Shown: in pieces, positions 41,001 to 47,400 of the stretch
Layout of the letters: each line of letters begins with the position of its first letter
Position numbering within the stretch: the stretch's first letter is position 1
Origin: Ignavibacteria bacterium
GTDB lineage: Bacteria; Bacteroidota; Ignavibacteria; Kapaibacteriales; UBA4661
Direction of reading: 5' to 3'
Assembly (NCBI GenBank): GCA_947459425.1
Contig: CANHDJ010000008.1
Coordinates: forward strand, 6,671-70,670
Length of the DNA: 64,000 bases
Notes under the pieces: model-generated
Databases searched by the model: none
Seen by the model: only the letters and a program-made list of their open reading frames with translations
Told to the model about the DNA's origin: nothing
Translations under genes and position numbers: made by a program

Positions 41001-43976
41001 GCATTCTATCAAGCACACAGATCGGAAAATTCCACGCCACCACGCAACTGGCTGACGCTGAATCGCTTAACCACGTGGGAAGGCGTAACGGTGCAGCCCA
41101 TCACGACGGACGGCATCGCGGAAGAGCGCATAACGGGTGTGAATCTGGACGGAAAATTATTGAACGGCAGAACGACGGGCGGACGCTTGCAGACTGGTGT
41201 TTTAGCGCGTCTCGACCAATTGCAAACGTTCAACCTGAGTAATAATCAGATTTCGGGTAGTATCGCTGGAACGCTTGCGCCATTCCGTCGGCTCCGCGAG
41301 GTGCGTTTAGCGGGCAATCGCTTCACAGGCGAGATTGTGTCAGCATTTGCACCAGAAGGAGCGCTCAATCAAGGATTAAATCAAGGTTTGCCAAATCAAG
41401 GCTTCCCTGTGGCATTAGAAATACTGGATTTGCGGCGCAATAGCCTGACAGGAAGCGTCGCGGCAGGTTTATTCGCATTGCCAAATTTGCGCGAATTGCT
41501 GCTTTCCGATAATGGCTTTACGGGCGCGTTGGTGCTGACGGGCGCATCACGGCTTGTTGCAGAAGGATTTGAGAGCAAAGGTGCTTCCTTGCAAAGCGTG
41601 GCTCCATTGGAGCGTTTAGAAATAAGCAATAATCAGCTTTCGGGGGCGTTGCCGCCAGAGATTGGCGATTTTACGCGCTTGCAGACGCTTCGTTTGAATG
41701 GGAATCGTCTTGCAGGCGCTCTTCCGGCGCGTATTGGCGAATGTGTGACATTGCAAATGCTGGATGCAAGTAATAATGCGATTTCGGGGGCATTGCCACA
41801 AGAAATCAGGAATTGTGGGCGTTTGGAGGCTTTGCTGCTGGAAAACAACCGTTTAACCGCATTGCCAGATATGTCCTTGATGCGTCGCCGCCTCAAAATG
41901 CTTACCGTGCAGAGCAATCGTCTTGATTTTGGTGCTTTGGAAGCAAATATGGTGCTGGATACGGTGCGGTATATTCCGCAAGACACCATCAATGCTGTGG
42001 AGCGCTCGGTGACAGGCGTTGTAGGGCTGCCATTGCGTATCAGCGTTGTGGTGGGCGGTACGCAAAATAGTTTTGCGTGGAATGCGGGTGGACGCGCTCT
42101 TGATCGCCTTCCGGCGGTGTTCCGCTTGGCAGATACGGGAGTGTATGTGTGCCGCATCACCAATAGCCGCGTTCCGGGCTTGACCTTGGTGACTCGCCCT
42201 GTGCAGGTGGCGGGGCGTTTGCCGAATCCTCCGGGCAGCGCACCACAGCTTGTTTTGCCGAATGCTGGCGCTACGGGTATTCCAACCGAAGCTCCTTTGG
42301 AGTGGACGGCGGTTCAGGATGCTGCACAATACGACGTACAGTTAAGCCCAACGCAAGATTTCGCGGTCTTTGTCGGCAATATTCAAACCAGCAGCACTGC
42401 AAGTGTTATTGCTGGTTTGGAGAATCTCACGCGCTATTTTTGGCGCGTCCGGGCAACGAATGTCGGCGGTGTGGGACCATGGTCGCAGGTGCGCAGCTTT
42501 GTGACGGTGCGCTCTGGGGCGGTGGTGAGCGCTGTTGCGGAGGCATTTGGCAAAACACCGATTGGCGATGTGAGTTTTGCGCGAATGTTCGTGAAAAACC
42601 TGACCAATCAAGCCATTCGCCTTGATAGTTTGCGCTTTAGCGAGGTAGAAAATAGTTTCGAGACGCGCACCGCTTTCCGTTCGCTGACATTGGAGGCGCG
42701 GGAGCAGCGCACGATTATTCTTGCTTTTTCTCCAAAATCCATTGGGCGAAAAACGGGTAATATGGAAGCCGTCTGTACGGTACTTTCAACGCAAACACAA
42801 GAGCGGGAGAGCTTTTCCGCACTTTTGCTGGGTTCGGGAACAGCACTCAAAGCACTCACGGTGGATTATGATACCGTCATTGCGGGCAGACCAACGATAC
42901 AACCTGCTTTGCTCATCAATCGTGGGCGTACGCCAATCACTGTTAGTGCTGTGCAATACACCAACACCACTAATGGTAATGTTTTAATTTCCGATATATT
43001 CTCCTTTCAAGGACCGGGAAGCCGCTCTATGACTGAACCGCCAATACAACGTGGGCAGCCCTTAACTCTGGAAAGCGGCGATACACTCAAAGTTCTAACA
43101 CGCTGCGAACCAGTAGCTATCGGCGAAAGAATGGCGCGATTGCAATGGCAGACAAGCGGTGCGGGCGCAGACACGGCAGAAGTAGAGGTGCTGGCGTTTG
43201 TCAAGCCGCCTGAGCCGGCGGACGTTATCGTGAAACTTGGTATTCGCCCCGTTGACGCGCAAGGAAACGCGCTTCCGAAAGCAGCGCCCGGAAGTTCGGT
43301 ATTACTAGAGTTATACATTGCCGAAGGGAATTTGGATAGTTTGCTGCGGGCGGCACAACCAGAGTTCACTACATCGCTCAGGTACGACCGCAATGTGCTG
43401 TCGGTGACGGCGGAAGAAAACTCTGTGCGGATTCTGCGCGGCGAGGCACAAAGCCGTTATCAGCGTCTTCAAATCGCGGGCGGCAGATGGAACGGGCGCG
43501 GACAGCGTTTGGCGCTTTTGCGCTGCCGAGCCGTAGCGGGCGACACGATGGCAACAGCGCTGGAAATTGAGTCTTCGGCGTGGGGTGGGCTTGCTCGATC
43601 GGATCAACGCGCGTTCTGGGAGCGACGAGTGTTTATGCTTGCACCGGAAAATGGCATTTTCCAGACAGAGGTCTCGCGGGCAGGTGGAACGCGGCTTATC
43701 GCCCCTGCAAAACCAGCCTTGATACTGGCAAGCATAGCGCCGAATCCGGCGAAAGAGGCAATGGATATTCGCTACACACTGCCGGAAAGCGGATTGGTGG
43801 AAGTTTCGCTCTTGGATGCGCGAGGGAATATCGTACAAAGCCTTTTCCAAGCCGTCCAGAATGCCGGAGAACACACGCTCAACGCGAAGATTGGCTGGCT
43901 GGCAAGCGGTTCTTATTCGGTACAAATTCGCGCTTTTGGGCAGGTGGAAACACGGCTTGTGCAGATTGTGCGGTAG
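26025..43976 (+). CDS. Giant T9SS-secreted surface protein: (NHL propeller + IPT/TIG) x7, two beta-helix-like units, IPT/TIG x9, LRR, Ig/FN3, ASH-like domains, type-A T9SS CTD
   Basis: A single uninterrupted frame runs 25815..43976. The probable start is ATG 26025 (or 25998), preceding the signal peptide MRFADSPFRQLGSLLVLLFCLSLPTQTVAQ. NHL-type blades (GVVTTLAGSG..GFADGTG.AAQFN.P.G...D..GN.YV.D..NHRIR.I) recur roughly forty times. IPT units fit the F.P..G..G..V.I.G.NF......V.FGG pattern. The LRR region is at about 41100-41930. An FN3-like unit is at about 42240-42510 (PLEWTAVQDAAQYDVQLS...YFWRVRATN). The C-terminal PNPAKEAMDIRYTLPESGLVEVSLLDARGNIV...GSYSVQIRA...RLVQIVR is a T9SS CTD (about 43720-43973). 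Confidence 0.9.
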   Translation: MRFADSPFRQLGSLLVLLFCLSLPTQTVAQVVTTLAGDGTAALLNGTGTGARFNSPSRVVSDGAGGNLYVADFSNHCIRRIVVATGVVTTLAGSGVAGFLDATGTAAQFQNPYALWLDGAGNLYVSDGINGARIRRVAIATGVVTSFAGTGVSGFVNGPVASAQFAGIASLTGDGAGNLFVSDGSNNVIRRIVIATGTVSTLAGTGAFGLNNGPGATATFDNPNGIGCDGLNVYVCDAANFCIRKIVIATGVVSTLSGGAGPGTADGVAGVAQFLGLTGDMVYDGIGNFYFGDNNRIRSISAATGAVSTIAGSGTAGFADGTGVAAQFNETLGITRDAAGILYIGDFNNHRIRRLVLPTPTVTSFTATTGYPGLGVIINGTNFSTATQVRFGGVVSPSFTVLSNTQIVAAVPTGGASGNVSVTTPSGTGVHVGGFTFTSVIPPLSTFAGNAAPAGFANGTGGAAQFNNPIGVAFYAGDMFVTDGFNNRVRRITPTGVVTTFAGSGAFATFDGTGTAAQFAAPHGIAADASGNLFVADYVTHRIRVISAGGVVTTLAGSSLGWNDATGTAAQFNGPLGVAFSGGIVYVSDFLGHRIRKITYPGGVVTTLAGSGTPGFADATGLAAQFNNPRGIAVDAAGNVYVADQSNHRIRKITPAGVVTTLAGSGTAGFADATGVLAQFNLPSGVTVDATGTLYVSDATNPRIRVVSPGGVVTTLAGSGTVGFADGTLAAGQFAIAMESLSLDASGNVFVADRVNNAIRRIAAQPPTVTGFTPTNAYALQAVTVNGTNFSGATQVQFGGVNAAWFTVVSATQIRAVVPIGGASGNVSVTTGLGTGSFAGFTFTATPRVSSFAGQLTGGFLDAVGGAAQFVNPNGIGVDAAGNIYVAEQNNHRIRKITATGVVTTFAGSGVAGFANNTGILAQFSSPSGVACDAAGNVYIGDEGNHCIRMITPGGVVTTLAGLGGTSGSADGTGTVARFNNPARLSIDAAGNLYVPDASNHRIRRVTPGGVVTTIAGSGVAASLDGTGVAAQFNSPTATAVDAAGNVYVAESLGNRIRKISPAGVVTTLAGNGTASSVDGTGAAATVNAPVGLATDAAGMLYIIESASNRVRTVSQSGVVTTFAGTGTAGLVDGTLTASQFAWMRGAVADAAGNLYITDTGNNTIRKISVVAPVVTSFTPTSAYPLQVVTITGTDFFGVTQVRFGGVNAAWFEAVSPTQIRAVVPIGAVSGSVTVTNSVGTGTQPGFTLAAAPAISTLAGDGTANFRDAVGAGAQFNYPSGVAFYAGDMFVTDLNNHRVRRITPTGVVTTFAGSGTLGTADGTGAAAQFAFPFGIAADASGNLFVVDSFSNSIRVISSGGAVTTLAGGTAGFADGTGAAAQFNGPAGVAYSGGIVYVCDGQRIRKITYPGGVVTTLAGGVVSGFADATGLAARFTNPRGIAVDAAGNVYVADAGNNRIRKITPAGVVTTLAGSGALGFADGTGLMAQFSDPKGVTVDATGNLYVSDRGNARIRVVSPGGVVTTLAGSGTVGFADGTLAAGQFSGSLESPVLDASGNVFVPDGLNHAIRRIAAPPPTITSFTATTGYPGLGVIITGTNLSTVTQVQFGGVVSPSFTVISNTQIVAAVPTGGATGTVQVTNPSGAASLGGFTFTAVIPPLSTFAGNATPAGYADGTQGAARLNQPIGIVSDGTNMFFADAANHVIRRISATGVVTTFAGSGTSGFANGTGTAAQFASPHGVATDFLGNLYVADYGNHRIRMITSGGVVTTLAGSGVAGFNDATGAAAQFNLPHAILFSGGFLYVTEGAGGNRIRRIDPSTGVVTTIAGGAAAGNADGTGAAAQFDFPFGMANDALGNIYIADQNNHRIRMMTTSGVVTTFAGSTAGFADGTGAAAQFTNPHGIVREGLGNFYITDIGNRRIRYLSSAGVVTTIAGAGTAGFTDGTLAAGQFSTQLSGLALNASGELFIADRGNNAIRRILPPSPVVTSFNATTGYPGLGIVINGANFSGVTQVQFGGVNSPSFTIISPSQIVAAVPAGGASGNVSVTAPTGTGSLAGFTFTPVIPPVSTFAGNGVPAGFADAQQGAALFNSPCMLARDASGNIYVADRLNHRIRRISASGVVTTFAGSGVAGWNDAVGSAAQFNGPYGVLLNAAGTVLYVSDEDGHRIRMINTATAAVTTLAGSGVAGYADNPTGLLAQFNQPIGMALDAAGNLYVCEDVNATVRRITPGGAVTTFAGNGTTGFVDGVGTAARFNPPRGIVRDPVSGDFYVSDYGNHAIRKITPAGVVTTLAGNGTAGNTDGTGSAARFNAPVQMWLDPVGNIYVADALGSKIRVVSPNGVVTTIAGTGVAGFADGATTAAQFQFVNGIVGDPVTGVLTVSDEGNARIRRIVLPAPTVTSFNATTGYPGLGVIITGTNLATVTQVQFGGVVSPSFTVLSNTQIVAAVPTLGASGNVQVTNPGGTASLGGFTFTATVPPLSTFAGNAAPAGFADGTSGAARFNATIGMAFNGAGEMFIGDQNNHRVRKITAAGVVTTFAGNGTSGWADGTGAAAQFNSPSGIATDAANNVYVADFLNHRIRAITPSGVVTTLAGSGVAGFNDATGLAAQFNGPGGVAVSGGNLYVSDNFGHRIRRIVIATGVVTTLAGSGTAGFADGTGAAAQFSSPQGLATDAAGNVYVADHINQRIRKITPGGVVTTLAGSGAGGFADGTSAAAQFQAPLGVSVDAAGNVYVADAFNARVRLVSPLGVVTTLAGSGTIGFLDGALASGQFGNGLMGIALNATNSLFVSDRTNNAIRRVTTPTIVTAFTPTNAGPSDVVTISGVNFTGASQVQFGGVNAASYTVVDANTITATPAAGGATGSVSVTAPLGTSSLAGFTFLPNVFYSQGADPGTRTNWNSLPGGGGVNPTPAQFMNKSGDTYILQTSLTLFTPLTIGNGVTFTHSAGAVLSLNTNMTIAAGGTHTVPAGTSVSIDGPAVLTNNGTLNVSGILVLVNNAGYSGTSPNFLGTANLVYNGSGNLNIGSEWSAVMPAGTNVAIAKNPGTSLTMTGNRTLNGGLGYAVGDLVMAGNTLTLNGGIAFGAGTQIQGGAGASIVVGGAGAITGTPVFIAPQTLGGGLTMNRGGSTLALGSSLTATPLTISGGTLNTGAFAHTFSALNISASGSLAVAAGGSATALANYTVGGNITIDGTFDAGTTVASGTGSIVINPVGTFISAHPAGLVGALTNTGGISYAGTVRIQGATVGNTLGLTLNNLIIDRATPVVLPQNMTVTGTLTVANTGNFALSGQTLTLGASSVTATTATGSIDATSAGSVITINAPTLNGAHFLNGEIRRLNVNSTPTITNSLAISTLLDLTNNITLGAPNGRLWLRNTATLNAPGTNISGTDPTSEVIVDAGFNAGTLSGALLGASYNGALTFLGAHNLTGTLTMSGAAGALAMNGILTLQAATNLNLNQTSANSLMGTGTVQGSGASSVIVLGNSFNAGVLPANRFATTLNANVTTPGGASTLTGGALTLGAAQTLTLGGRLTTTLANTLRVTNTATAAIAGASVTNYIDGPLERALLPNIAANGTSYLFPIGEGTSYRPMTLRDVRTGATSPVMRGVVAPSGAVNVDNLTILTLLSGRNWELTTVSGNFTSTTLELTEGGLTPTDLMGMAGAQAGVYASIGGAPGAGFVRSNAQAALGNRFYAIAGTPPGTFFYNETLMGDASLPSSWNSVANGSGVPASLGLMTSGVGTVFIVRSGITANATTGMTFGAGATLTLQPTSNLTVQSGTLTVNGTANVSGTLAIGNGATLANVGTTTIAATGTLRMTGASSVSGNAPVYAASTSALEYNGANAVTAGIEWLNPAPYIIRIGNSGGVRLASNRTLTNTANLTVQANGSLNINHAVNLVNDGSMIVSGLGAVRLDGNGQISGVSGITYFSTSTLEFTNVSPNPNLNAGAKAFPATMNGNVVINNTVTLPESKQISGSWTGLGGSVNLNSNTLTLNDAITFGGTSFVSNASSGLVVAGSGAMSGLATIAGGAIGTLTMNRAGATLTNAAPIQVSNTLSLQNGFISTTLGMISLTNPAVGALAGGSAASYILGGLERALAANLTFSPLLYNFPLAKGGVYLPFVLTSLTTGAVAPIVRAEAFNTGVGASTLSGMGSISLTEYWQTALVSGAYTNGSAILTRSNLNASNGTAFAAGVGTTFTPSGGSLSGANPTATLTSSPVTGLGRFVITFPSSVLIGDFLPKLGALGTVVNITGSGFTGATAVSFGGTNASSFTVNSATSITATVAAGASGTVQVTTPTGTGVSDSTFTFVPPPSILVFSPIGGAAGTSVLLTGTNFVNVSSVRFNGIPASSFTVLSPTQVRATAPAGGIGLIQITALGGVATSPAPFLPIPPPMITSFSPTMGSSGTEVTIDGSGFNGVNNVKFGTENALYFTYLSPNRITAVVSNAGATGRISATTPVGSTTSTQIFIFQTPTNATRSVAPQFAASGTVVTILGSGFGAVGSMNLINGNTTIPVSSTTVDSTRITFTMPPGLSFVGDSVPMKIVFVSQAGLGDTLGVIRALQTPFIRSVSPDSGRPGTLVTIRGRYFLNAQSVAFATVTLATMNYTVVSDSIILATAPPGVPSDAPPGMPFGDIFVRVKARDVTAQALWHNFAPVPKITQQSLDSGEVGAGVLLTGENFLDSANGVPLRVTFNGIPAASIQILSTTRAIASVPPGVSSGQIRLTTGWGAAVAPRPFRLAQPSSRITSFSPAIGGPWTRVQVQGVRFDSTMVVSFGGIPAPTQFLNATNAIATVPRGVAEGDVLVTLQTTLGTATATGAFIVLPSPMITNIDPISAGADEPITISGKNFINVTSLTLNAAPIQDFTILSDSLIIATFVTVPVGVGVVTAFNVGGQGSYALPFELLPPSVANAPRNLVFQPSFGPAGTRIRITGRNLGGIVGARIGGVSVAGIEQISTTEVIVIVGRGATGAIVLTNGFGTGGSRSSFRYQMPLELDSIALVAFYQAHRSENSTPPRNWLTLNRLTTWEGVTVQPITTDGIAEERITGVNLDGKLLNGRTTGGRLQTGVLARLDQLQTFNLSNNQISGSIAGTLAPFRRLREVRLAGNRFTGEIVSAFAPEGALNQGLNQGLPNQGFPVALEILDLRRNSLTGSVAAGLFALPNLRELLLSDNGFTGALVLTGASRLVAEGFESKGASLQSVAPLERLEISNNQLSGALPPEIGDFTRLQTLRLNGNRLAGALPARIGECVTLQMLDASNNAISGALPQEIRNCGRLEALLLENNRLTALPDMSLMRRRLKMLTVQSNRLDFGALEANMVLDTVRYIPQDTINAVERSVTGVVGLPLRISVVVGGTQNSFAWNAGGRALDRLPAVFRLADTGVYVCRITNSRVPGLTLVTRPVQVAGRLPNPPGSAPQLVLPNAGATGIPTEAPLEWTAVQDAAQYDVQLSPTQDFAVFVGNIQTSSTASVIAGLENLTRYFWRVRATNVGGVGPWSQVRSFVTVRSGAVVSAVAEAFGKTPIGDVSFARMFVKNLTNQAIRLDSLRFSEVENSFETRTAFRSLTLEAREQRTIILAFSPKSIGRKTGNMEAVCTVLSTQTQERESFSALLLGSGTALKALTVDYDTVIAGRPTIQPALLINRGRTPITVSAVQYTNTTNGNVLISDIFSFQGPGSRSMTEPPIQRGQPLTLESGDTLKVLTRCEPVAIGERMARLQWQTSGAGADTAEVEVLAFVKPPEPADVIVKLGIRPVDAQGNALPKAAPGSSVLLELYIAEGNLDSLLRAAQPEFTTSLRYDRNVLSVTAEENSVRILRGEAQSRYQRLQIAGGRWNGRGQRLALLRCRAVAGDTMATALEIESSAWGGLARSDQRAFWERRVFMLAPENGIFQTEVSRAGGTRLIAPAKPALILASIAPNPAKEAMDIRYTLPESGLVEVSLLDARGNIVQSLFQAVQNAGEHTLNAKIGWLASGSYSVQIRAFGQVETRLVQIVR
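26100..34640 (+). repeat. Seven in-frame tandem ~1.22-kb coding modules (six NHL blades + one IPT domain each)
   Basis: IPT-domain starts read at about 27100, 28321, 29541, 30745, 31965, 33203 and 34425, giving spacings of about 1204-1238 nt. Long near-identical DNA stretches link modules, for example 27440-27540 with 29870-29970. Confidence 0.85.
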
Positions 43977-44037
43977 GCGAGAGTTTTTTGCGTGGGGATA
44001 TTTTTCCAAATTATGCGTGAATTTTTCTTGCACAATA

Positions 44038-44066
44038 CGATAAAAACGCATAAATTGTAAACCTGT
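44038..44066 (+). promoter_or_regulatory. Candidate sigma-70-type promoter for tRNA-Ser (TTGCAC-17 nt-TAAATT)
   Basis: TTGCAC at 44038-44043, a 17-nt spacer, and TAAATT at 44061-44066, about 35 nt upstream of the tRNA 5' end. This is a pattern match only. Confidence 0.2.
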
Positions 44067-44100
44067 AATATTTTCTCGCAAAAAGTTTCAACATACCCTC

Positions 44101-44189
44101 GGAGAGGTGGGTGAGTGGCTGAAACCAACGGTTTGCTAAACCGTCGTACTGTGCAAACATTACCGAGGGTTCAAATCCCTCCCTCTCCG
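44101..44189 (+). tRNA. tRNA-Ser (anticodon GCU), class II with long variable arm
   Basis: Acceptor stem GGAGAGG/CCTCTCC. Anticodon stem-loop ACGGT-TTGCTAA-ACCGT gives anticodon GCT. T-arm GAGGG-TTCAAAT-CCCTC. The long variable arm is CGTACTGTGCAAACATTACC. CCA is not encoded. Confidence 0.9.
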
Positions 44190-44201
44190 CTCAGTGTATA
44201 A

Positions 44202-44234
44202 AACCCTTGTAAATTTGTTTTACAAGGGTTTTTG
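44202..44234 (+). terminator. Rho-independent terminator after tRNA-Ser
   Basis: Stem AACCCTTGTA / TACAAGGGTT with an A/T loop, followed by a T-run (44229-44233). Confidence 0.7.
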
Positions 44235-44483
44235 CGTGTTTTGTAGGCTGGGTGAAAAGGCATCCAGTTCTCTCGAATAAGGATTCCGTAACAAATACCT
44301 CCATAGAACTTTGCAGTTCTATCCAAATTCTACCTCAGTTGTTGTTGCACACAAAGGCGAAATTGTGTAGCTTGCCCGCTCATCTCGCACCAGTTTCCTA
44401 CTCTACAATAAAAAAACGCTGGAGACCGCAAAAAAACAGTCATCTGGAAATGAGTATTAATGTTCCATTTTTAGGGTATAAAT

Positions 44484-47400
44484 ATGCAGTTTTTTCGACT
44501 TGTCTTGTTAGGTCTTGCCGTTGCCGTGCTGATGAGCGCACAAGCAATGGCTCAAGTCACCTCCTACACACTTCAAACCTCAACGGGCGGAGAGAGGGCT
44601 TATACACCGATTGTCGGTGGCACGGTGATTGCATCGGGGTCAGAAATAGATGACCGCTTTTTTCAGAATACTCCTATCGGATTCCCCTTTGCCTTCAATA
44701 ATAGCGAGTATTCTTCGCTGACCATTAGTGAAAATGGTTATGTCACCTTCGGTACGGGACTTCCCTTAGCAACAGGGTTTCTTGGACCACTGACATTTTT
44801 CTGGGGCGATGGCGCTATTGCGCCAATGGGCGTAGATTTGCGGGGTCGCCCGGAATCACGCATTGTTACTCAACTCGCAGGAAGCTCACCAAACCGAGTG
44901 TTCACGGTGCAATGGCAGACGATGGGCTTCAATAATGGTGGCAATCTTGCCGATTCGATCAGTTTTCAAGTCCGTTTAGAAGAAGGTACGAATAACATTT
45001 CGGTGAGTTATGGCACAACGACCATCGCCGAAAACAACGGTTATGACTGTGAAATTGGCTTACGTGGGCGCTTTACCGGTGAGTTTGCTACGCGCATCGT
45101 TGCTGCCCCGACCGATGCCGACCCAACACCTTGGGCAAACGCTCAAACAGGCAACAATGGCAATGACCGCGCCCGCTTGACATTGGTACGAGGCGCTTCG
45201 ATGCAAGTTCTTACAGGTGGTCTGCCACCAAGCGGCTTAGTATGGTCGTGGGCGGCAGGAACGCAACTGGTTCAGCCACGATTAACTACGCCTACACGCG
45301 ACGCGACGTTCAGTGTTCCGGGTATCTTTCGCTGGAATGCCGTGCCGGGCGTGTCGCAATACCGCATCATCGTTACGCCGGACACAACGGCGACAACAGT
45401 ACCGATTTATCGTATTGTTTCGGAAAATGCTTTTGCGCTTGCCGAATCGGATATTCGTTTTGAGCAGGGAAGCACGTACTTCTGGAGCGTTCAGGCACTG
45501 GGTGCCAATAACCAAGCAGGGCGCTTTGCGGCATATATTCCCTTTACTATTCGTTCGCAGCCGACACTTTCGACCTTTTCGCCAACAGCCTTGCAACAAG
45601 GGCAAACGGCAACAATGACGCTGAATTTTCAAAATATCAGCACCACTACGCCACCCGCTATATCTCTTGTCAATGGGGCAACAACGGTTGTTGCAACGGG
45701 TGTTCAAATCTCGAACACGGGGCAAGCAAGTGCGGTCTACGCTGTTCCGGCGAATGCTCCGCAAGGGTTGTACGATATTGTTGTTGTGACGGGGAGTGAT
45801 ACCGTACGGCGCGTTGGCGGTGTTTTTATCGGCAGCAGTACCCCGACTCCGGCGCAAAACGAGTTTCTTGTACGCACCCATGGTTTTAATTTTTCCAATA
45901 GCAGCGATAATATGTGGAATGAATCAATATTTAGCCGCATCAATTACTCGAGTGCCGCCTACCCAGAGGATTTCCGCACCTTCGCTCAGTCAAGAGATTT
46001 TCCGAGTTGGGACGACTTCGTTCCTGCTTACGAGCGGCGCACGGGCGAAAGTGCTTTTATTACGAAAGACGGGCAGCGCCAGCCCGACCAAACTGCATTG
46101 CAGCGCTGGAAAGCAACAAAAAGCAACTGGGGCGGCTCGTGCTACGGCTTTGCTATTTCCGCATTGATGGCATATAGTGGGCGTTATACGTTTTCTGCAC
46201 CTGCTTTTCAATTGCAACTTGGCGATGCTCTTCGTACTCTTGTGAATCGTAATCAACTTTTCCAGCCGGGCGGGCAGGTGGGCATACTGAATACCGACGA
46301 CCGTACGCCAAACAACACGGTGAACGTCATTCGGCGAAGTTTTACGTTGCCGAAAGATCAGCAAATTGTCATTGCTATTTTCAACATCCGCGACGGAAAA
46401 AATAATGGCGGGCACGCTGTCGTCCCATACAAAATCACCACTGAAACCGCACCAAATGGTGACATTTTAGACAAGGTTTTTGTCTATGATATGAATTTTC
46501 CCGGTGCGACCGACACAGCAATAACGGTCAATCGCACACGAAATACGTGGGAATATTATGGTTTGCTGAATGTTGATGTTGCTACATCTAATCCTATTCC
46601 TTGGAGCGGCAATGTCGAAACACGCAGTTTTTATGCGTGGGGTGCAGTGAGTACGGCATTTGCCATGAGAACGGCACAGGGCATACTCTTGGCAGCACAG
46701 AGCGGCAAAAACGGATCGTCACTGACCGCAGATGAAGAGCCAGATGGCGAAGACGATTCGGCAGTAGAGACCTATTTTGAGGCAGAGGAAGAAGACGAGG
46801 GCAAAGCAAAAGCCCGCACAACCTCTGGAACGCCGCCACCAGTTCCATCGGTCACGTTGTCTAATGCTTACGGCAATGCTATCTCGAACACGGGAGCAAC
46901 GTTGATTCGTCCTCGTATTACCAAAGCCGTGCCGATTGCGCCGATTGCAACAGGCGCAAATGTGGTCGTCGAAGGCTTCCGCGTACCAACACAATCGCAA
47001 AACGTTCAAACGGTTCGCTTCACGCCCATCAATACGAAACAGATTAACTCTATTGAAAGCGCTGCGAGACGGACGATTATGACCACGAAATGGCGCACGG
47101 TCGCACTGAATGGTTCGCAACGACTGGTGTTGGATTATGACCGAGACCTCTTCCGTACTGTTGCCGGAGCGAGCAGCCGCATCAATAGCATTGCGCTCTA
47201 TAAATCTGACCCAACCGATTCGATTTGGCAAAATGGTGTCGAAATTCGTGATGTGACGCTTGCAACGAATGACAGTATTGATGTTCGTTTTCTTAATGAC
47301 GGTGCCTCCTTCATCGTGACGAATTACGGTGCTGCCAGAACCTACGGACTCTATATGCAGCGCTACGACACAACGCTTTTCCGCACCGTCAATATTCCGG

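Noticed and set aside
26351-43393. Dozens of 60-360-aa ORFs on the minus strand and in off-frames across the giant gene, for example 27702..28367, 29178..30227, 32658..33749, 37778..39085, 39812..40669 and 43311..44081.
   Set aside because: They all lie inside one uninterrupted 18-kb plus-strand frame with clear domain content. Their translations are low-complexity (Arg/Cys/Ala/Pro-rich) mirror images of the Gly/Thr/Ala/Val-rich repeats. They are shadow ORFs of a repetitive GC-biased coding region.
43977-44100. An intrinsic terminator for the giant gene.
   Set aside because: Only weak short inverted repeats without a T-run lie between the stop codon (43974-43976) and the tRNA. The convincing terminator lies after the tRNA (44202-44234), so I made no separate call.
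44101-44189. tRNA-Ser as an integration site for a genomic island, given the giant adhesin on one side and T9SS cargo on the other.
   Set aside because: There is no integrase or recombinase in the window. I did not spot a direct repeat of the tRNA 3' end elsewhere in the window.
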